DNA of 64,000 nt from Thermoplasmata archaeon (GCA_021792255.1 JAJYUZ010000003.1:128001-192000), one strand, 5' to 3'. Numbered from the stretch's first letter, positions 19,873 to 30,882 are shown. Numbers and translations are program-made. Notes: generated from the letters alone by a model not told the origin.

Positions 19873-21185
19873 ACATCGTGACCAGAGATCCCTATTCTGG
19901 AAAGGTCTTGAAAACTTTTGACGCTGACGATATGGAAACAGCAATAAACAAGATAAGTAGAACAAGGAAGGCTCAGATAGAATGGAAGAAGAGCCTTGAA
20001 CTGAGGGTGAATCATTTCAAGGAGATCATCAAACCGAATTTTGAGAAAGGAGCGGATGAGCTAGCTTCCATAATGACCGAAGAAATGGGAAAACCCATTT
20101 CACAAAGCATCGCTGAAGTGAAGAAGAGCATCAAACTTCTTGACTATCTGATAGAGAATGCACAGACTATTTTTTCTGAAGAAGAAATCAAGACCGATGC
20201 CTCTAGAAGTTACATACGATTTGATCCACTCGGAACGATAATGTGTATCGAACCGTGGAACTTTCCGGTGTGGCAGGTGGCGAGGGCGGCCTTCCCAGCA
20301 ATGATTGCAGGAAATGGAGTGGTGCTAAAACATGCAAGCCTCGTTACTGGAGTATCACTCAAACTTCAAGAGTTGATAGATTCGTCAGCCTTCAACAGTC
20401 TGATAGTAGACGGAAGAACGGCAACTTCTCTGATAAAACACGTCGATGGAATTGCATTCACGGGATCTACAGCAGTAGGGTCCGGAATTGCTGCAGAAGC
20501 TGGGAAAGAACTCAAGCACGTGGTAGCGGAGCTAGGAGGTTCTGATCCTTTCATTATCCTGGACTCGGCTGATCTGAAAGCAGCTGCAAAGGCTGCTACA
20601 ACCGGTAGACTTCAGAACAACGGTCAGAGCTGCATTGCATCAAAAAGATTCCTGGTTCAAGATCAGGTGTATGAAGAGTTCAAAGAGCTCACCGCAATTG
20701 AATTTTCCAAAGTCGTTATTGGAGATCCAAAGAAGAAAGATACCTATCTCGGTCCGCTGTCCTCGGAGGAACAGAAACGGCTGGTGGATGGACAAATAAG
20801 GTACCTTGAAGCCAAGGGAAAAGTCCAGTACCTTGGAGAGGGAGAAGGCAACATCGTACCTCCCATTCTCGCAGAACTCAACGAGAACTATCAGGACGAA
20901 ATATTCGGACCAGTAGCCGTCCTCAGAAAGTTCAAGAACAAAGGGGAAGCCATAAACATCGCAAACGAAACACCATACGGACTCGGAACTTCTATATGGG
21001 GTGAAAAAGAAGATGCAGAGAAGATGGTAGGTGATATTGAAGCAGGGATGGTTTTCATCAACAGCATCGTCTTTTCTGATCCAAGGATCCCCTTCGGTGG
21101 AGTTAAGAAGAGCGGCCTGGGAAGGGAACTTTCTAAATATGGATCTAGGGAATTCACAAACATGAAGACGGTCTGGATCAGTTAG
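19869..21185 (+). CDS. NAD(P)-dependent succinate-semialdehyde dehydrogenase (Sad/GabD1-type)
   Basis: Motifs PWNFP.WQV.R, LKHA, ELGGSDPF, GQSCIASKR and PFGGVKKSG.GRE; ATGA overlap with the aminotransferase. Confidence 0.88.
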   Translation: MNIVTRDPYSGKVLKTFDADDMETAINKISRTRKAQIEWKKSLELRVNHFKEIIKPNFEKGADELASIMTEEMGKPISQSIAEVKKSIKLLDYLIENAQTIFSEEEIKTDASRSYIRFDPLGTIMCIEPWNFPVWQVARAAFPAMIAGNGVVLKHASLVTGVSLKLQELIDSSAFNSLIVDGRTATSLIKHVDGIAFTGSTAVGSGIAAEAGKELKHVVAELGGSDPFIILDSADLKAAAKAATTGRLQNNGQSCIASKRFLVQDQVYEEFKELTAIEFSKVVIGDPKKKDTYLGPLSSEEQKRLVDGQIRYLEAKGKVQYLGEGEGNIVPPILAELNENYQDEIFGPVAVLRKFKNKGEAINIANETPYGLGTSIWGEKEDAEKMVGDIEAGMVFINSIVFSDPRIPFGGVKKSGLGRELSKYGSREFTNMKTVWIS

Positions 21186-21810
21186 TTGAAACCGTTATAG
21201 CGTAATGTCCCCTATGGAATCTTGAAATGTCCTTTACCTGCTGAACCGAGAACCTCGCCCTTATCTTCTTTATCTCGTCATTGACAGAAAAGTCGCTCCT
21301 TAGGGAGAAAGTCTTGAGCATGAGTATCCCTCTTTGGGACCCGAAATAGTCCATGTTCTTTGCGAAAATATCTATCTGGTTCGGTTGGGAAACGTCCTGA
21401 TATATTATGTCCACTTTATCTACAAACAATCCGTAAGCCTCTGGTTTCTGTGCATCAGAAAGAATGGGAAAGATGTTCTCCTTTATTCCCGAAAGAGAGG
21501 CCAATTTGATAAAAGGGACCGGCGCAAATTCGACCGCAAATATCGAACCAGTTGAAAGTGAATCGGCGAGGTGAGATGCAGTTGTGCCGGCTCCAGCGCC
21601 CAGATAAAGCATGTGATCTCCTTTCCTTATATCTGGTCTCAGACCCAGTTTCATTGAAGAGGATAACTTGCTTCGCAGCGGGGAGAAAATTCTAAAGAAT
21701 TTCCCCCCTCTGCTTGTAACCTGTTCTCCGTAGATTGAGTTTCCATCTCTTGACTGAGAAAATAGATTTCCCTTGTCTTCGTAAAAATTGGGGACCTGAA
21801 TTTCCCTCAT
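21178..21810 (-). CDS. flpA: fibrillarin-like rRNA/tRNA 2'-O-methyltransferase
   Basis: Motifs YGE, P.RSKL, LYLGA..GTT.SH, AVEF and DIIYQDVSQPNQ. Confidence 0.9.
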   Translation of the reverse strand: MREIQVPNFYEDKGNLFSQSRDGNSIYGEQVTSRGGKFFRIFSPLRSKLSSSMKLGLRPDIRKGDHMLYLGAGAGTTASHLADSLSTGSIFAVEFAPVPFIKLASLSGIKENIFPILSDAQKPEAYGLFVDKVDIIYQDVSQPNQIDIFAKNMDYFGSQRGILMLKTFSLRSDFSVNDEIKKIRARFSVQQVKDISRFHRGHYAITVSTN

Positions 21811-22970
21811 CAGACAAACATCTCTAGGTTTCCTTTTACTTGGGAAGCCTTGTTCCTCTGTACGTTCATCTTTTCGACGCCTTTCATTAGATCTGACTGG
21901 ATTATGTGGTCTCTCCCATCCCTTATCGCAAACATCCCGCTCTCTACCACCGACGCTCTTAGATCTGCGCCAGAGAAACCTTCAGTTATTTCGGTTATCT
22001 TCTCCAGGTTGACCTCTTTTAGATTCATTTTCTTTGTATGAATCTTGAGTATCTCGATTCTCCCTTTCTTGTCAGGGAGGGGAATCTCTATAATTCTGTC
22101 AAATCTTCCCGGTCTGGTAAGTGCTTCATCTAGTGTATCGGGCCTATTAGTGGCGCCTACTAACTTTATGTTCCCTAATGGTTCAAAGCCATCTATTTCT
22201 GCCAGAAGCTGCATCAATGTTCTCTGCACTTCCCTGTCCCCAGACGTTGAAGAATCGATTCTTCTTGATCCAATTGCGTCAAGCTCATCGATGAAAATGA
22301 TTGAGGGTGCCTTCTTTCTCGCAAGATCGAATAACTCTCTTACGAGCCTCGCGCCTTCTCCTATGTACTTCCTTACAAGTTCTGAAGCGACCACCCTAAT
22401 AAAAGTCGCATTCGTGTTGTGGGCTACTGCCTTTGCAAGAAGGGTTTTCCCAGTACCTGGAGCCCCCACCAGAAGTACTCCTGTTGGTGGGTCTATCCCC
22501 ACCTTCCTGAAAATTTCTGGATTAAGCAAGGGAAGTTCGACCATCTCTTTAATTTCCTTAATCTGTTGCTCTAATGCACCTATGTCGTCGAACATCACGC
22601 TCGGCTTTTCTGATATTTCTGCTGCTACCACGGTTGGATCATACGCCTCTGGAATGACCGATATTACGGAGAGAGTAGCCTTGTTTAGGGCGACCCTCGT
22701 TCCTACTGTGAGTTTAGAAGTTGGAATGTGCTCCGAAGTATAGACTAAGAAGCTCGGTCCGGTGGAACTCCTGATCACAACTCTTCTCTCATCTATGACG
22801 TCCTCTATCGAACCGATCAGAAGCGGTGGAAGCTTTAACCTGTTCATCTCCTTCTTGAGTCTCTCTATCTCATCCGTCAGCCTCTTGTTCTCAAGCTCTG
22901 CATATCTCTTCTCCTCCTCAGCCGTTCTGAGTTGCCTGAGAACTTCTTCGACATCGTTGAATTCATCCAC
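21810..22970 (-). CDS. pan: proteasome-activating nucleotidase (AAA+)
   Basis: Coiled coil plus OB domain (PPLLIG, SSTGP); GAPGTGKT, IFIDELD, REVQRTLMQLL and RPGRFDR; C-terminal MFV (HbYX-like). Confidence 0.95.
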   Translation of the reverse strand: MDEFNDVEEVLRQLRTAEEEKRYAELENKRLTDEIERLKKEMNRLKLPPLLIGSIEDVIDERRVVIRSSTGPSFLVYTSEHIPTSKLTVGTRVALNKATLSVISVIPEAYDPTVVAAEISEKPSVMFDDIGALEQQIKEIKEMVELPLLNPEIFRKVGIDPPTGVLLVGAPGTGKTLLAKAVAHNTNATFIRVVASELVRKYIGEGARLVRELFDLARKKAPSIIFIDELDAIGSRRIDSSTSGDREVQRTLMQLLAEIDGFEPLGNIKLVGATNRPDTLDEALTRPGRFDRIIEIPLPDKKGRIEILKIHTKKMNLKEVNLEKITEITEGFSGADLRASVVESGMFAIRDGRDHIIQSDLMKGVEKMNVQRNKASQVKGNLEMFV

Positions 22971-23128
22971 GTCGTCGTCTGTCTTCGTCTGCCTTCACCA
23001 GCCTCTAAAACTATCCTCATTATTTAAATGTAATGTATATTCGTTATTTCTGGACCAAATTTTTGCCGCATAATACTGGTTCCTGAAAGACTTTTTGGTT
23101 CTTCAATAACGCAGTGTCGAAGATGTAC

Positions 23129-24475
23129 TCAAGTTCCAGATTTCTTGAGCTGTGATTTTGGAAAGACTTCTCTTTTGGCTGCACTAGTGGCGTAATATAG
23201 CACTGCGGCCACTATAAATCCAATGAAGTAGCTGATATCTATTCCGCCAAGTCCCTTGGATATGAGGAAAGTGTAGTTAAAACTTCCAAGATAAACGTTC
23301 ATGAAGGGAACAGAAACTGCCAGACCCACGCAATAAGCGATTATGCCATTCCAATTCAACTTCTTTTCAAAGTTCAGTTTCTGTCTTTTTAGGACTACGA
23401 AATCAATTACTAATATCGCCACCCATGGTGATATCCAATAATCCAGTACTAGAAGGAAAGACTCAAAGAAAGTGTAGAAACCTTTGTAAAATAAAATCGA
23501 AAGAGCCGCTCCCACAACTGCAACTATTCCTACGAACCTTGTCCTGCTCATTTTAATCCCTCCGACCAGACCCGAGAGGGATGCCGAGTAGAGGTTCAGG
23601 ACGTTGGCAGCTATCCCGCCGAGTGCTATCGTCATTAGAGATATTTGATAAAAGCGACCAGAGACCGCTATTAGAGATGATGCATAAGAGCCACTGAGGG
23701 TTACAAATGAAATTACAAGAGCCACGATTTCAACAAAAGTGGTGGAAATAAAAGAGCCTGCAACTGTGCTGGAAAAAACTCTCTTGAGAGAAGTATTTTG
23801 AGGCAAGTAACGGGAATAGTCTGACGCATACGGACCCCAGCTCATCAGGTAGCTGTAAGAAAAGGCTATCATTCCAAAGAAAGAGATGTCAATTTTGGGA
23901 AAGGACAGAGAAAGTCCAGAAAAATTCTGTAACATCTGATGACTTGGGAAAAATAGGACTTCGACCAGTATTACGAGAAACAGTACCCCAAGGATGTAAG
24001 ACAGTACTCTTTCAACCTTGTGAATGAAATTGTAACCGATATATGCCACCACGTAGATGATCAAAACAAATATTGGAATAAGCAGAAGATATGATACCCC
24101 GAAAATCAAGTACAGTGCCAAAACACTGAGTATGTTGTTCACGATGAACCATCCAACCGTGTTGGATAAATTGATTATTCCAAAAACCCTCATTATGCCA
24201 TGTCCCATAGAATTGGTAGTCCCCATCATCTGAGGATAGCCAGTTTTTGGGCCCATTATTGCTGAAAGACCAACTATAATTGCACCAGCAATGTTCCCGA
24301 TGACGATTGAAATAAACGAACTTACAAAGTTCATGCCTAGCGATATCGGGATAAATCCAAGTGCAAAATCAGCAATAGTGAGGTTTGCGGCGAACCAGAG
24401 ATTAAAGAGCGAGCTCGATTTGCCGTGCCTAGATTCAGTAGGTATTCTTTGTATCCCGATACTTTCGAGAGTCAC
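23129..24475 (-). CDS. purine-cytosine permease (NCS1 family)
   Basis: Motifs E..GI..IP...R, WFAAN, GPKTG.PQM, SW.PYASDYSRY and NLYS. Confidence 0.88.
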   Translation of the reverse strand: MTLESIGIQRIPTESRHGKSSSLFNLWFAANLTIADFALGFIPISLGMNFVSSFISIVIGNIAGAIIVGLSAIMGPKTGYPQMMGTTNSMGHGIMRVFGIINLSNTVGWFIVNNILSVLALYLIFGVSYLLLIPIFVLIIYVVAYIGYNFIHKVERVLSYILGVLFLVILVEVLFFPSHQMLQNFSGLSLSFPKIDISFFGMIAFSYSYLMSWGPYASDYSRYLPQNTSLKRVFSSTVAGSFISTTFVEIVALVISFVTLSGSYASSLIAVSGRFYQISLMTIALGGIAANVLNLYSASLSGLVGGIKMSRTRFVGIVAVVGAALSILFYKGFYTFFESFLLVLDYWISPWVAILVIDFVVLKRQKLNFEKKLNWNGIIAYCVGLAVSVPFMNVYLGSFNYTFLISKGLGGIDISYFIGFIVAAVLYYATSAAKREVFPKSQLKKSGT

Positions 24476-24504
24476 TCTCGAACATATGTTCGTGCTCTAA
24501 AAAC

Positions 24505-24903
24505 TTACTCGTTGAGAATAAACCAGGAACCAGTTCCATATGAGCAAAGTTTTCCGTCACCGTCGAATACTTCAACCTTTGCGACGCAAATGTTTCTTCC
24601 CTTTCTTATGACCTGGCCTACCGCCCTTGCTGGTGATTTGACCAGTGGGGACAGGAAGTTGACGTGAAGGTCTGTAGTCACCTGATTTTTTCTAGTCGTC
24701 GATAAAACCGCACTACCTCCGGCCATGTCTATCATCGAACAAATAACACCACCGTTTGCGATATTGCCCAGTCTCATATGCCTTCCTTCCAAATCGAGCG
24801 TCGACTCTGCTTTCCCTTCTTCAAGGATTTTTGTCTTTATACCAATAGAGGTCATAAATGGGTCTCTGTTTAGCATCTGTTCCATGACTTCCTGTTCATC
24901 CAT
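24505..24903 (-). CDS. PaaI-family thioesterase (hotdog fold)
   Basis: Motifs NGGVICSMIDMAGG and TTDLHVNFLSP; ATG start at 24903. Confidence 0.88.
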   Translation of the reverse strand: MDEQEVMEQMLNRDPFMTSIGIKTKILEEGKAESTLDLEGRHMRLGNIANGGVICSMIDMAGGSAVLSTTRKNQVTTDLHVNFLSPLVKSPARAVGQVIRKGRNICVAKVEVFDGDGKLCSYGTGSWFILNE

Positions 24904-24939
24904 AAATCGAAATAGATTACTGCTATATATACAGGATTT

Positions 24940-25557
24940 ATGGGGAAGGAGCAAAAGAAATCGTGGAACAGAGAATACAGGTTGAGAGGAAGGTTGTGGA
25001 GAGGAGAACTAAAAGAAAAGGAAATTTTCGACCAGGCGCTTCTTCCTGGACGGACCCTTGACAACGGTTGCGGAAACGGGAAAGGAACTCCTTCAATAAA
25101 GAGTGTTGTTGGTCTTGACTTCTCCCCTTTTGCACTCTCCTTGTATGGACACGAGCTTAGAGTTCTGGGAGAGATAGTCTCTCTCCCTTTCAAAGACGGG
25201 GCATTTTCAAATGTACTCTTCATCCACTCTCTGGATCATCTGGACGAGAAAGAAAGGCGAATCGCGCTTGAAGAAGCATCCAGGGTCTTGAGGGAGGATG
25301 GTAGGGTCGTTGCCAGGGTATTCTCAAGGCTCGACTTCAGGTACGGAAAGGGGCGAGAAATCGAAGAAGGCACCTTTCTGCGCGGAAACAAGATCCAGAC
25401 TCACTATTTTGATAAAGAAGAGTTTCTCAATCAACGACATTTTATAATTTCCAAAATCATGGATATAGATTATGACATAATTATACAAAACAGGAAATTT
25501 TATAGGAGAGAGTTTATTATAATTTTGGTTAAATATAAATCAGAAAATATCCAATAA
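24940..25557 (+). CDS. class I SAM-dependent methyltransferase
   Basis: Motifs LDNGCGNGK, GLDFS, LPFKDGAF and DFRYGKG. Confidence 0.85.
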   Translation: MGKEQKKSWNREYRLRGRLWRGELKEKEIFDQALLPGRTLDNGCGNGKGTPSIKSVVGLDFSPFALSLYGHELRVLGEIVSLPFKDGAFSNVLFIHSLDHLDEKERRIALEEASRVLREDGRVVARVFSRLDFRYGKGREIEEGTFLRGNKIQTHYFDKEEFLNQRHFIISKIMDIDYDIIIQNRKFYRREFIIILVKYKSENIQ

Positions 25558-25634
25558 TATTGCGTCGAACAGCCTTATAAATGCATCGCCCCCAAATCAT
25601 ATATATATACGTTAAACGTATAGGTTAAGAGGTT

Positions 25635-27632
25635 ATGGAAGACTATACAGCAAAGGACATTGTAGTGCTTGAAGGACTGAAAGCGGTCAGAAAGAGACCA
25701 GCCATGTATATTGGAAGCACGGACGTACGGGGCCTGCATCAGCTTCTGTACGAGGTTATGGACAATAGTGTCGATGAAGCAATGGGTGGATATTGTAAGA
25801 ACATCTTCGTCACAGTAAAGGGAAAAACTGTCACCATTGAAGACGATGGAAGGGGGATACCTGTAGATATACACCCAAAATACAACAAGTCCGCCCTTGA
25901 GATTGTTCTAACAGAATTGCATTCTGGTGCAAAATTTGAACAAAAAGTCTACAAAGTATCCGGCGGACTCCACGGAGTCGGTGTTCACGTCGTAAATGCC
26001 TTATCGTCAAGTTTTGAGATATTTGTCAAGAGAGAAGGTTTTGTCTATCATCAGGGTTATTCGAAGGGAGAGAAACTCACCCCAGTCGAAAAAGTTGGAA
26101 AGATAGAAGACAATAAAGTCAGCTGGACCAGAGCAATAAGTACGAGTTTCCATTTCAATTCTCGAACTGGAACCCTAATAAGTTTCGAGCCCGATGAAAC
26201 AATAATGGAAACAGCTGAATATTCGCTGGAAACTGTCAGGGGAAGAATTGAGGAATTGTCCTATCTGAACAAGGGCCTTACCATCACACTGGATTGGAAC
26301 GGCGAGATTGTTACCTATCAGCATCAGGGCGGAATAGAAGAGATGGTCAGGAACATGAACAAGGGCAAGGAGACCCTGCACGATGAAGTGATCTATGGCC
26401 AGGTAAAGTTTAATGGAGAGATGAAGGACGTTTCGAAGAGCAATAAAAACGGCAGCGAGGAATCTAAAGATGGCTTCGAGCATCCCAGCACGTACATCGA
26501 GTTTGCCATTCAGTACAACGAGACCGTCAGCGAGAACCTTCTCGCTTTTGCTAATGATATCAACACCAGGGAGGGAGGAACGCACGTATCTGGATTCAAA
26601 GGCGCTCTGACTAAAGTACTAAACGACGAGGCGAAGAATCAAGAGATAATTCAATCGGATAATTTCTTTAACGGTGAGGACGTGAGGGAGGGACTCACAG
26701 CAGTTATAAGTGTCAAGATACCCGAACCTCAATTCGAAGGACAAACGAAAGAAAAACTCGGAAATAGCAATGTCAAGGGTATGGTCTTCAGTGGTGTCGT
26801 CGACCACCTGAAGAGATACTTCGAGGACCATCCAAAGGTTTCTGAGATCATCTGTAAGAAAGCCTTCCAGGCTGCAGAAGCGAGGGAAGCAGCGAGGAAT
26901 GCTAGAGAGATGGTGAGATCTAGGTCCTCCCTCAATGCCACCCTTCCGGGAAAGTTGGCAGACTGTACGCTAGAAGATCCAGAGAAGACAGAACTATACA
27001 TCGTAGAAGGAGACTCGGCTGCAGGACCTGCAAAGCAGGGCAGGGACAGATCATATCAGGCCATATTACCCCTAAGGGGAAAGATTCTGAACGTAGAGAA
27101 AGCCGGGTGGGACAAGATTCTGAAAAACAACGAAGTGAAAAACTTGTTTTCAGCAATTAATATGGGACCGAACGATCCCTATGATCCCAAAAAACTGAGG
27201 TATGGGAAAATCATTTTCATGACCGATGCCGATGTGGATGGAAGTCACATCAGGACTCTCCTGCTCACCTTGTTCTACAGGCATCTTAAGGAGCTGATAG
27301 TAAACGGTCACGTGTTCATAGCAGTTGTTCCCCTATTCAGGGTTCAAAAAGGAACCACCGTGAAGTACATCTATACGGAAAAGGAAAAAGATGCTTTAGT
27401 GAAACAGCTGTCAAACCCCATAGTGCAAAGATTCAAGGGACTTGGCGAGATGAATGCCGATCAACTCTGGGAAACGGCAATGAATCCAGAAACCAGGAAA
27501 CTGGTAAGAGTGCAGATAGAAGATGCCCAACAAGCAGATTCCCTGTTCACTCTGCTGATGGGTGAGCAAGTAGAGCCTAGAAGGGATTACATAATGGCTC
27601 ACGCAACTGAAGCTCAGAACATCGATGTGTGA
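25635..27632 (+). CDS. gyrB: DNA gyrase subunit B
   Basis: Motifs [45 protein letters not shown] and QRFKGLGEM. Confidence 0.96.
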   Translation: MEDYTAKDIVVLEGLKAVRKRPAMYIGSTDVRGLHQLLYEVMDNSVDEAMGGYCKNIFVTVKGKTVTIEDDGRGIPVDIHPKYNKSALEIVLTELHSGAKFEQKVYKVSGGLHGVGVHVVNALSSSFEIFVKREGFVYHQGYSKGEKLTPVEKVGKIEDNKVSWTRAISTSFHFNSRTGTLISFEPDETIMETAEYSLETVRGRIEELSYLNKGLTITLDWNGEIVTYQHQGGIEEMVRNMNKGKETLHDEVIYGQVKFNGEMKDVSKSNKNGSEESKDGFEHPSTYIEFAIQYNETVSENLLAFANDINTREGGTHVSGFKGALTKVLNDEAKNQEIIQSDNFFNGEDVREGLTAVISVKIPEPQFEGQTKEKLGNSNVKGMVFSGVVDHLKRYFEDHPKVSEIICKKAFQAAEAREAARNAREMVRSRSSLNATLPGKLADCTLEDPEKTELYIVEGDSAAGPAKQGRDRSYQAILPLRGKILNVEKAGWDKILKNNEVKNLFSAINMGPNDPYDPKKLRYGKIIFMTDADVDGSHIRTLLLTLFYRHLKELIVNGHVFIAVVPLFRVQKGTTVKYIYTEKEKDALVKQLSNPIVQRFKGLGEMNADQLWETAMNPETRKLVRVQIEDAQQADSLFTLLMGEQVEPRRDYIMAHATEAQNIDV

Positions 27633-30010
27633 TTTTCATGATTGAAAACAGAGCTATTGAAAAGGAGATGAAAGACTCCTACCTGGATTACGCGATGAGC
27701 GTGATTCTTGCCAGAGCGATACCCGATGTAAGGGACGGGCTAAAGCCCGTGCAAAGAAGAATTCTTTACTCGATGTACGAGATGGGGGTCACCTTTGACA
27801 AGCCTTACAGGAAGTCCGCAAGGATCGTTGGAGAGGTCATGGGTAAGTATCATCCTCACGGCGATTCGGCAATTTATTCTGCGCTGGCTAGAATGGCACA
27901 AGATTTCTCTCTGCGTTACACGTTAGTAGAGGGTCAAGGCAACTGGGGCTCGCGCGACGGGGATCCACCGGCCGCCATGAGGTACACCGAAGCTAGATTG
28001 AGTAAGATATCAAACGAAATGCTAGCTGATATCGAGTACGAAACCGTAGATTTCTCTTTGACCTTCGACGGAACACTCAAGGAACCGTTATGCCTCCCCT
28101 CCAAGATCCCTAACATTCTGTTGAACGGAACCTCGGGAATTGCGGTCGGTATGGCGACAAACATGCCTCCTCACAATTTAGGGGAAATAGTAGATGGATT
28201 GATACTGCTGATCAAAAACAAAGAGGCTGGGATCGAGGATCTCTTGAAGATAGTTAATGGCCCGGATTTTCCTACCGGAGGGATTATTCTAGGCAAGAAG
28301 GGAATTATCGATGCATACAGCACCGGAAGGGGCAAGTTTGACCTAAGAGCCAAGGCAGAGATAGAAAAGAACGAGATAATTTTCTCCGAAGTTCCTTACG
28401 AGGTCAACAAGTCCGAACTGCTGAGCAAGATTGCCGAACTTTCGAAGAACGACGTGATCGATGGTATATCTAACATAAAAGATGAGAGCAACAAGGATGG
28501 AATCAGGATCGTAGTAAAAGTCAAGAATGACTTCAACCCAGAGATCACTTTGAATCAGATATATGAGCATACCCAGGCTCAGGTATCGTACGGAATCATC
28601 AACCTCGTTCTCGTGAACAACGTTCCCAGAACCATGGGACTCAAGGAAATGATGGTCGAGTATCTGAACCACAGGGAGCTGGTCGTAAGAAGGAGAACCG
28701 AATTCTTTCTAAAAAAGGCCAGAGAAAGAGAGCACATCCTGGAAGCTCTTCTCAAGGCTCTGAATGCAATCGATCTTACCATAAAGATTATCAGGTCATC
28801 CAAGGAAGTGAAGGACGCGAGAGAGGGGCTGAAGAAACAGTTCTCACTGGACGATCTACAAGCAAATGCTATCCTCGACACGAAATTGCAAAAGTTGACT
28901 GGAATGGAGATTGCCGATCTCAAGAATGAGATGAAGGAGATTGAGGACAAAATAAAGCACTACATCGATCTCCTAAAGAATGAGGACAAAAGATGGGATC
29001 TGATAATCGAAGAGTTGGAAGAAGTCAAAGAAAAATATGGGGACTCCAGAAAGACAGAAATCACTGAGTCTTACGTCGAAACTACAGAAGAGGAGCTTAT
29101 TCCTCACGAAACTGATACCATCGTTCTTACCGAAGACAACAGGATAAGTCGTATTGAAGCAGATACCTTCTCCGCTCAGAAGAGGGGAGGCAAGGGTGTG
29201 TTCACTGGCTCTTCCGAGAGTGAGATCAAACAACTGATAACTTGTGACTCCCACGACAGGGTATTCTTCTTCTCTGACAACGGTAAGGTGTTCCAAATGA
29301 AAGCTTACACCATTCCCAAAGGGGAGAGAAGATCAAGGGCGAAACTGATCTCCGCCGTTTTCGATAACATGAAGGGGAGAATTGTTTTCATAATGAGTGA
29401 GAAGGGGGGAGAAGGCAAGAAATATCTTCTCTTTGTGACCGAAAGAGGGAGGGTAAAGAAGACCGAGATTTCTCAGTTTATGAACATCAGGTCAAATGGC
29501 CTGATCGCCCTGAAGCTTAGACCGGGAGATCTGCTGAAGGACGTGTTCGTCACCTCTGGCGATGAAAAAATCGCACTGCTCTCGACGGACGGAAGATTGG
29601 TCCTGGTCGAGGAGCGGGAATTCAGATCGATGGGCAGGGCAGCCTCTGGGGTCACTGGTATAAGATTCAAGGGAGAAAACAAGGTCGCAAGCGATGCAAC
29701 AATAACCACAGAAGACATGATCGTGATAGCCGAAAGAGGACTTGGAAAGAGAGTGAACGTAGGAGACTTTTCGATGAGACACCGCGGCGCTAAGGGAATG
29801 AGGGCTATCAAGATTACTGAAAGAACTGGAAGGCCAATTTATGTCTCATCCATTGAAGATACTGACGAGCTCTTGATCATTACCAGGAACGGAAAAACAA
29901 TTCGCACGGCAGTGGCTTCTATTCCACAGAAGGGAAGGAACGCCCAGGGAGTCAAGCTTATAGGTCTGGATGAGGGAGATCTGGTGGCTTCTGTCACTCG
30001 GATCTCTTGA
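27629..30010 (+). CDS. gyrA: DNA gyrase subunit A
   Basis: Motifs [21 protein letters not shown] (catalytic Tyr), GyrA-box QKRGGKG, and a pinwheel CTD. Confidence 0.96.
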   Translation: MIFMIENRAIEKEMKDSYLDYAMSVILARAIPDVRDGLKPVQRRILYSMYEMGVTFDKPYRKSARIVGEVMGKYHPHGDSAIYSALARMAQDFSLRYTLVEGQGNWGSRDGDPPAAMRYTEARLSKISNEMLADIEYETVDFSLTFDGTLKEPLCLPSKIPNILLNGTSGIAVGMATNMPPHNLGEIVDGLILLIKNKEAGIEDLLKIVNGPDFPTGGIILGKKGIIDAYSTGRGKFDLRAKAEIEKNEIIFSEVPYEVNKSELLSKIAELSKNDVIDGISNIKDESNKDGIRIVVKVKNDFNPEITLNQIYEHTQAQVSYGIINLVLVNNVPRTMGLKEMMVEYLNHRELVVRRRTEFFLKKAREREHILEALLKALNAIDLTIKIIRSSKEVKDAREGLKKQFSLDDLQANAILDTKLQKLTGMEIADLKNEMKEIEDKIKHYIDLLKNEDKRWDLIIEELEEVKEKYGDSRKTEITESYVETTEEELIPHETDTIVLTEDNRISRIEADTFSAQKRGGKGVFTGSSESEIKQLITCDSHDRVFFFSDNGKVFQMKAYTIPKGERRSRAKLISAVFDNMKGRIVFIMSEKGGEGKKYLLFVTERGRVKKTEISQFMNIRSNGLIALKLRPGDLLKDVFVTSGDEKIALLSTDGRLVLVEEREFRSMGRAASGVTGIRFKGENKVASDATITTEDMIVIAERGLGKRVNVGDFSMRHRGAKGMRAIKITERTGRPIYVSSIEDTDELLIITRNGKTIRTAVASIPQKGRNAQGVKLIGLDEGDLVASVTRIS

Positions 30011-30878
30011 ATATACCCGCACTAGTGGTAGAGGTATCGAATACCATTACGTTCATTTCCTTCAATTTCTTTATGAGTTTCTCCTTTTCTCTTGGAATTA
30101 TGACTACTGCTCCCCCTCCCCCTGCGCCGGTGAGCTTCGCACCATAGCCATACTCCCTTCCGACTGAAACTATTCTTTCGATTTGGTCCGTGGATATTCC
30201 GAATACCTTGAGTTCGGAGTGGTTCTCGTTCATCAATTCCCCAATATTTGCTGCATCCCCTTTCATTACCGCTTTTACCCCGTCCTCCGTTATGCTGCCT
30301 ATCCTGTTCATTATGTCCTTCGCGAACTTGCCCCGCTCGTAGAACTTTCTCACCTTAGCTACTTGCTCCTTCGTCGATCCCTTTGAACCGGAGTACACGA
30401 TCACCATTTCGGTGTTTCTCGTCGGGACACTGGAAAAATTCCAAGAAATTCCGTTCTTTTCTATCTTCCACAGTGGAACTCCCTCTTTTCCGTTTGTCAA
30501 GACAAATCCTCCGGCCGCTATTGTGGTAGTATCAATTGGGGAGCCCAGACCCTGAGTTTCGTATTCGATGTTGAATGCCTCGTTGGCCAACTTTTCCTTT
30601 GTGTAATCTCTCTCACTGAGCAGTATGCTTGTTATGATCATTGAAGAGGTTCCGAGCCCCGATCCCGAAGGAACGTTCGTTTCCACCTTAACGTAAACAT
30701 TACTCAGACCAAGATAAGACAGGGTTTTCTGAACGAATGGCGTGTACTGGAGCCCGCTCCTGCTGGGAACGAGATAGATTTTGGCGAAGAGGTCTACTGT
30801 AGCAGATAGTGCGGGGTAACCGTACACTACTGCGTGTTCACCGAATAAAATTACCTTGTGCGGCGAGTAAACTACCAT
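29994..30878 (-). CDS. mvk: mevalonate kinase (GHMP family)
   Basis: Motifs [29 protein letters not shown] and [10 protein letters not shown]. Confidence 0.85.
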   Translation of the reverse strand: MVVYSPHKVILFGEHAVVYGYPALSATVDLFAKIYLVPSRSGLQYTPFVQKTLSYLGLSNVYVKVETNVPSGSGLGTSSMIITSILLSERDYTKEKLANEAFNIEYETQGLGSPIDTTTIAAGGFVLTNGKEGVPLWKIEKNGISWNFSSVPTRNTEMVIVYSGSKGSTKEQVAKVRKFYERGKFAKDIMNRIGSITEDGVKAVMKGDAANIGELMNENHSELKVFGISTDQIERIVSVGREYGYGAKLTGAGGGGAVVIIPREKEKLIKKLKEMNVMVFDTSTTSAGIFKRSE

Positions 30879-30882
30879 TAGC

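Noticed and set aside
22045-22743. 232-aa ORF antisense to pan; similar shadows at 31493-32143, 46569-47117, 50117-50593 and 60448-60963
   Set aside because: These are antisense mirrors of well-conserved genes, Ser/Pro/Ile-rich with no motifs, as expected from codon bias.
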